DNA of 64,000 bases from Tubulanus polymorphus. Lineage: Eukaryota > Animalia > Nemertea. The stretch is from contig NC_134029.1 of assembly GCF_964204645.1 (NCBI RefSeq), positions 5,270,001 to 5,334,000 on the forward strand, in the 5' to 3' direction. Below the pieces are notes generated by a model. That model did no database searches and was not told the origin of the DNA. It saw only the letters and a program-made list of their open reading frames with translations. The position numbers and the translations under genes were made by a program. Below are positions 60,279 to 64,000 of this stretch, in pieces (position 1 is the stretch's first letter; every line of letters begins with the position of its first letter).

Positions 60279-60426
60279 CAGTGGAGCCTTGTTACAACAA
60301 ACTTCACAGGACTAGAAAGTCTCAACCGATAGGTCATTAAATCCTGTATGAAATTAACCAAATTATTTTGTGCAAAATTCTATATTAGTGCATTGTACCA
60401 GAGTTCGTTACAACGAGGTTCCACTG
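60279..60426. mobile_element. Tc1/pogo (Tigger-like) MITE
   Basis: TIR CAGTGGAGCCTTGTT / AACGAGGTTCCACTG, flanked by TA on both sides. Confidence 0.8.
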
Positions 60427-60993
60427 TAGTAGTTTGAAGGACTAACGAAACTCTCGATAAAATGATTTTTACTTTCTATATCTTTATACAAAAGTATGAT
60501 ACACACACGTCACTGCACACGGAATAAAAACAACTAAATTCGACATTTCTTTACACAAACTAAGATCAGTTGAACTGCTCAGTGGTTTTTTCCTATTTAC
60601 AAGTCTATAATATCTCTCTTTTAATTATAAACAAATCTTTCTGTTGTTTGGCATAAAAAGGAATGGTATACGTTAATTATTAAAGCACATTGATTTGATG
60701 TAAACAATATTGGTGTATTTATATTTTATCTCTGCGTTGAGGTCACGTTAGGCAGCCTCTATTCTATTAACACTTCCTACACGTCCGATTAACTGAGATA
60801 TCACTGTTCATATACCGGTATTACTGATTCAATTCCACGCCGGTTCTATCTCTGAACTATCGCGGCCCCGCGCGCACGCGCACATACAAACACACGCATT
60901 TAAAACCATTCCTCCTCAAAAACGCCGATCAATAATCAAATCTATCAATATATAAATATCGCTCTGTTAAACACTGGCCCTGGCAAGCGTGTG

Positions 60994-62194
60994 TCAGTGT
61001 CTTTGGCTGTAGTCTGATTTATAAGCGTCTAAACGAGGATCTTTCATAGATCGCGGATAGTTGCGGTTATCACGGTCCGGTAAATCCTCCGGTTTTCGCT
61101 TGCGTTCTCTGTCACCACTATGAGATTGATATGTCGTATTCTTCTGATACCTGCAAAGATAATATGGAAATATTTTACAGTTAAGTATTATATGTGTCCA
61201 TCCGTCCAGGTTGAGGAACTGCAGTGATAACAAGTACAAGGGGTATTCCATCTGCAGGTATAGATACAGGGTCTTACTAAATATTACTATGTCAAATCAA
61301 TAAGACAAGGCATTCTGGTAGTGTCCTTTTGACCACTCTCCAGGACCCAGTTCCAAAGTCATGAGTTAGAGTTAACTCGTGAGTTAAAGTTAGTTCATTT
61401 TCAATGAATTAACTCATCAGAGTCAAATCTTAACTCGGAACTGTGGATCTGGGCCCTGAATTTCCGAAATTTCCAGAAAAAATGTACCCTTTGTTTTACA
61501 TTAATTACTCTTTTTCCACCCTTTTTCTACTCAATTTTAATAAATTTAGAGCATTTTACGAGACTTAAAAATTAGCCCTTCGAGTTGCAGATTCCAAACC
61601 CTCATATACATGAGAAATTTCGGGACGTTGTCTGATTATTGAGGGATGTGCAATGGATATGAGATATTTACCTGTCGCGGTCGCGGTCATCACCGGATGG
61701 ACGATTATGAGAATTGTAATCCGGTCGGTAATCGGCGGAGCGGTGATAATCAGAGCCGCGGTGATCGCCACGATGATCACCTCCGCGATGATCGACGCGA
61801 TCGTGCGACCGATGGAAACCATACGATGAATTACCACCAGCGCCATCTCTGTCGCGATCCGGCCGGTGTCCGTAATGATGTCCCGAGCTGGCACTCGAAT
61901 GCTCTCGTTTTGTGTCATTATTGCTCGAAAATCTACAATCACGATTTGTTCACAGAAATTATTATACGATACACCAATTGAAAGAACGAAATTCTTATAA
62001 AAATTGAAAATATTCATTCGGCGATAAGTACAAGACTGAATTAAAACATGCGGTTCTAATATAAGAACGAACAAAAAGAAAACACAACACTTCAAATCAA
62101 TCTAATAACATTTACATTCGAAACATAAAATATCTTGCTAATAAGATGGTACTTGAAGGAGTTAGCGGAAACTAATTCCTCCAAGGTGATATAA

Positions 62195-62225
<31 letters not shown>

Positions 62226-64000
62226 GTCATTAGTCATTATGTTCAATGAATTAGGTGTAGTATTGCTATAACATACGAAAACATTTTACGTAACAATCTA
62301 AGTCAGATCTCAAAACTATAATCTCTAATGGTTAGATAGCAGGACTGTAAATCAAAGTCCGATGAATGCCTAATGTATCGTGAACAGAATTTCCCGTGGC
62401 ATTCGTACCTGGAACTTTCATTTTCAGGATGATGGCCGCCGGTCCACGACCTACCAGTAGATGGTTCCGGTCTATTATACTGATTATTTAGACCATCCGG
62501 TAATCTAATGAGAAAAAATATAAATCAGAACACCCCTCATTTGGTCAGCTTTTTGATTCTAATTAACACCACCACCAGTGTAGCAGAATTTATTTTGGAT
62601 GTGTCTTAGTGTAAGCTTTATAGAGCGGAATACTTTGATGTATTGAATATAATCAATTGAGGTACCAAAGAAACTTCTTTTTAAATATGATGGTGGAATT
62701 GTGCAACTATTGCATGTAGTATTCATTCTAAAGGCAACAACCCTCGGCCAGTCTACGTAAAGCAGGCTGATTATAGTTACTTTGAATTTCATTCATGGTG
62801 GACAAAATAGGAGCCCCACTGAGATAAATCATCAAATTGATGACAGATGACGGACATTATGAGTGGGTGATGATGCTTTGATGTTTATGTCAGTTAGTTG
62901 GTTATTGTGTGGTTCCTATCCAATTCTAATCAGGCAGTTCGGCCACCTGAGGTACATACAATTAACAATGATTAAATGTGGCAATAATCCAAATAGTATT
63001 ACCTAATGTAAACAGACTAGATTTTGTAGAGTAATTAAACTGTCTATCCTTGACTGAATGAACTGTTAGCCACATCAACAGTTCAATGAAAGTCCTATTT
63101 ACCAATTACCCCATATAAACAAATCAATTTAAATCCCCTTCTGTCACCTAGAGACCTATTTGATGCAGGTGTGCTTAGTGAAGTTAAAATACAGTTTAGC
63201 TGTGCATAATGTGCCACCAATCACCTATATAAGGCTTCAAACATTAGCAATAGTGATAAAGCACTTTCATTTTACGGGGAGCCTTTTTCTCTGCATTGAG
63301 GGGTTACTGTTTACTAAAAGATTTTAACGAGACCCAATCTGAGATTTCACTCAAAAACATCCATCCCAGATTATCACTGTTCAGAAGAATTTGACTCCCT
63401 GCAAATAGTTACCAGTATTCTAAGTAATGTAGTTATTAAGAAGGATTTTCTCCCACTTGTATCACATCTTGGCTTTGGTCCTTAGTACTTTGAAGGCTAG
63501 ATTTATTCATGTCACAGTTTTCGCTTCTAGTGTATCCTAGCTTCACCAGGTAACTGAGTTATTTCTCATTAACCTGACGAAGCTACTAAACGGTAGTAGT
63601 GAAAGCTCATCTAGTTAACCTTTTAAGTACTATTAGTCTTTAGGTTTACTAATTGGACACCGGGTTAACACAGATCCTCTACAACTCTAGTTAAGCGGTT
63701 AGTTCAAAATGCTGAAATTGATGTAGTCGGTGAGATGTATATGCTCGAACGGCGGATACTTTGAGTACGACAGAACGTAATCAGAAACCCGACCGAGCCC
63801 GCGACGAGAGCAGTGAGAGAGATAGAGAACTGCGTCTGAGCCTTACCTATGTCGGTGTTCCCCTTTCGCCAGTGGACTAGAATGCGAATTCATATCACGT
63901 GACCCACCCAGAACGTTTCGGAACGAAGCGGCGTGATGATGGCTTCCGTACGAACTGGACGATGATGATGAGGGCGGGGGATAACGCGGGCCGTTCGATA
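60994..64000 (-). CDS. CHD1: C-terminal exons of a probable chromodomain-helicase-DNA-binding protein 1/2 (gene continues beyond the window)
   Basis: Four in-frame phase-2 exons: beyond 64000-63847 (SNGPRYPPPSSSSSSYGSHHH...EHRHR), 62504-62409, 61932-61672 (DRVDHRGGDHRGDHRGSDYHRSADYRPDY) and 61150-60994 (DRERKRKPED...KDPRLDAYKSDYSQRH*). The gene model is solid. The name is inferred from DHR-repeat low-complexity sequence like the CHD1 tail plus the tail-to-tail position with RGM; no helicase domain is visible. Confidence 0.7.
61341..61458. mobile_element. MITE of a 'GGCCCAGTTCCACAGT'-terminus family; related decayed copies at about 9522-9607, 51591-51706 and 59498-59656
   Basis: CAGGACCCAGTTCCAAAGT ... 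ACTGTGGATCTGGGCCCTG inverted termini with internal GAGTTA repeats. Confidence 0.7.
63569..63618 (+). ncRNA. Type I hammerhead ribozyme-like motif, antisense within a CHD intron
   Basis: UUAAC-CUGACGA-A-GCUACUA-AACGG-UAGUAGU-GAAA-G-CUCAU-CUA-GUUAA. Stem I is UUAAC/GUUAA, stem II has 7 bp, stem III has 2 bp, and the triplet is CUA. Both core boxes are intact. Confidence 0.6.

Noticed and set aside
61565-62095. 176-aa minus-strand ORF and 111-aa plus-strand ORF over the CHD exon
   Set aside because: They are alternative frames of the repetitive DHR exon. Splice phases support the DHR frame.
62322-62360. tRNA-like fragments (also about 59743-59762 and 56630-56646)
   Set aside because: Only partial A-box, B-box or anticodon-arm resemblance with no cloverleaf; likely SINE remnants.

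Overview
Intron-rich, AT-rich animal genomic DNA, probably from an invertebrate bilaterian (lophotrochozoan-like; this is inference). In order, the window holds: (1) a LINE remnant, a mosaic of locally copied fragments and a probable orphan terminal exon (1-1410); (2) a divergent 12-exon PDIA3/ERp57 paralog (+, 3049-6529) with two WCGHC sites but no ER-retrieval tail; (3) a decayed, internally inverted viral class-I-fusion (Ty3/gypsy env-like) gene between two convergent host genes (6837-8429); (4) a 13-exon SLC23/NAT transporter (-, 9191-13449); (5) a third, pseudogenised PDIA3 3' fragment (13655-14372); (6) the conserved PDIA3 (+, 18884-22795, ends KSEL); (7) about 15 kb with no convincing coding exon; (8) a 4-exon repulsive guidance molecule gene RGM (+, 38617-51328); (9) the last exons of a probable CHD1/2 gene (-, 60994 to beyond 64000), tail-to-tail with RGM as in vertebrates. 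MITEs, long hairpins and two hammerhead-ribozyme-like motifs are also present. Exon boundaries were read by eye and family calls rest on remembered motifs; no database search was run.
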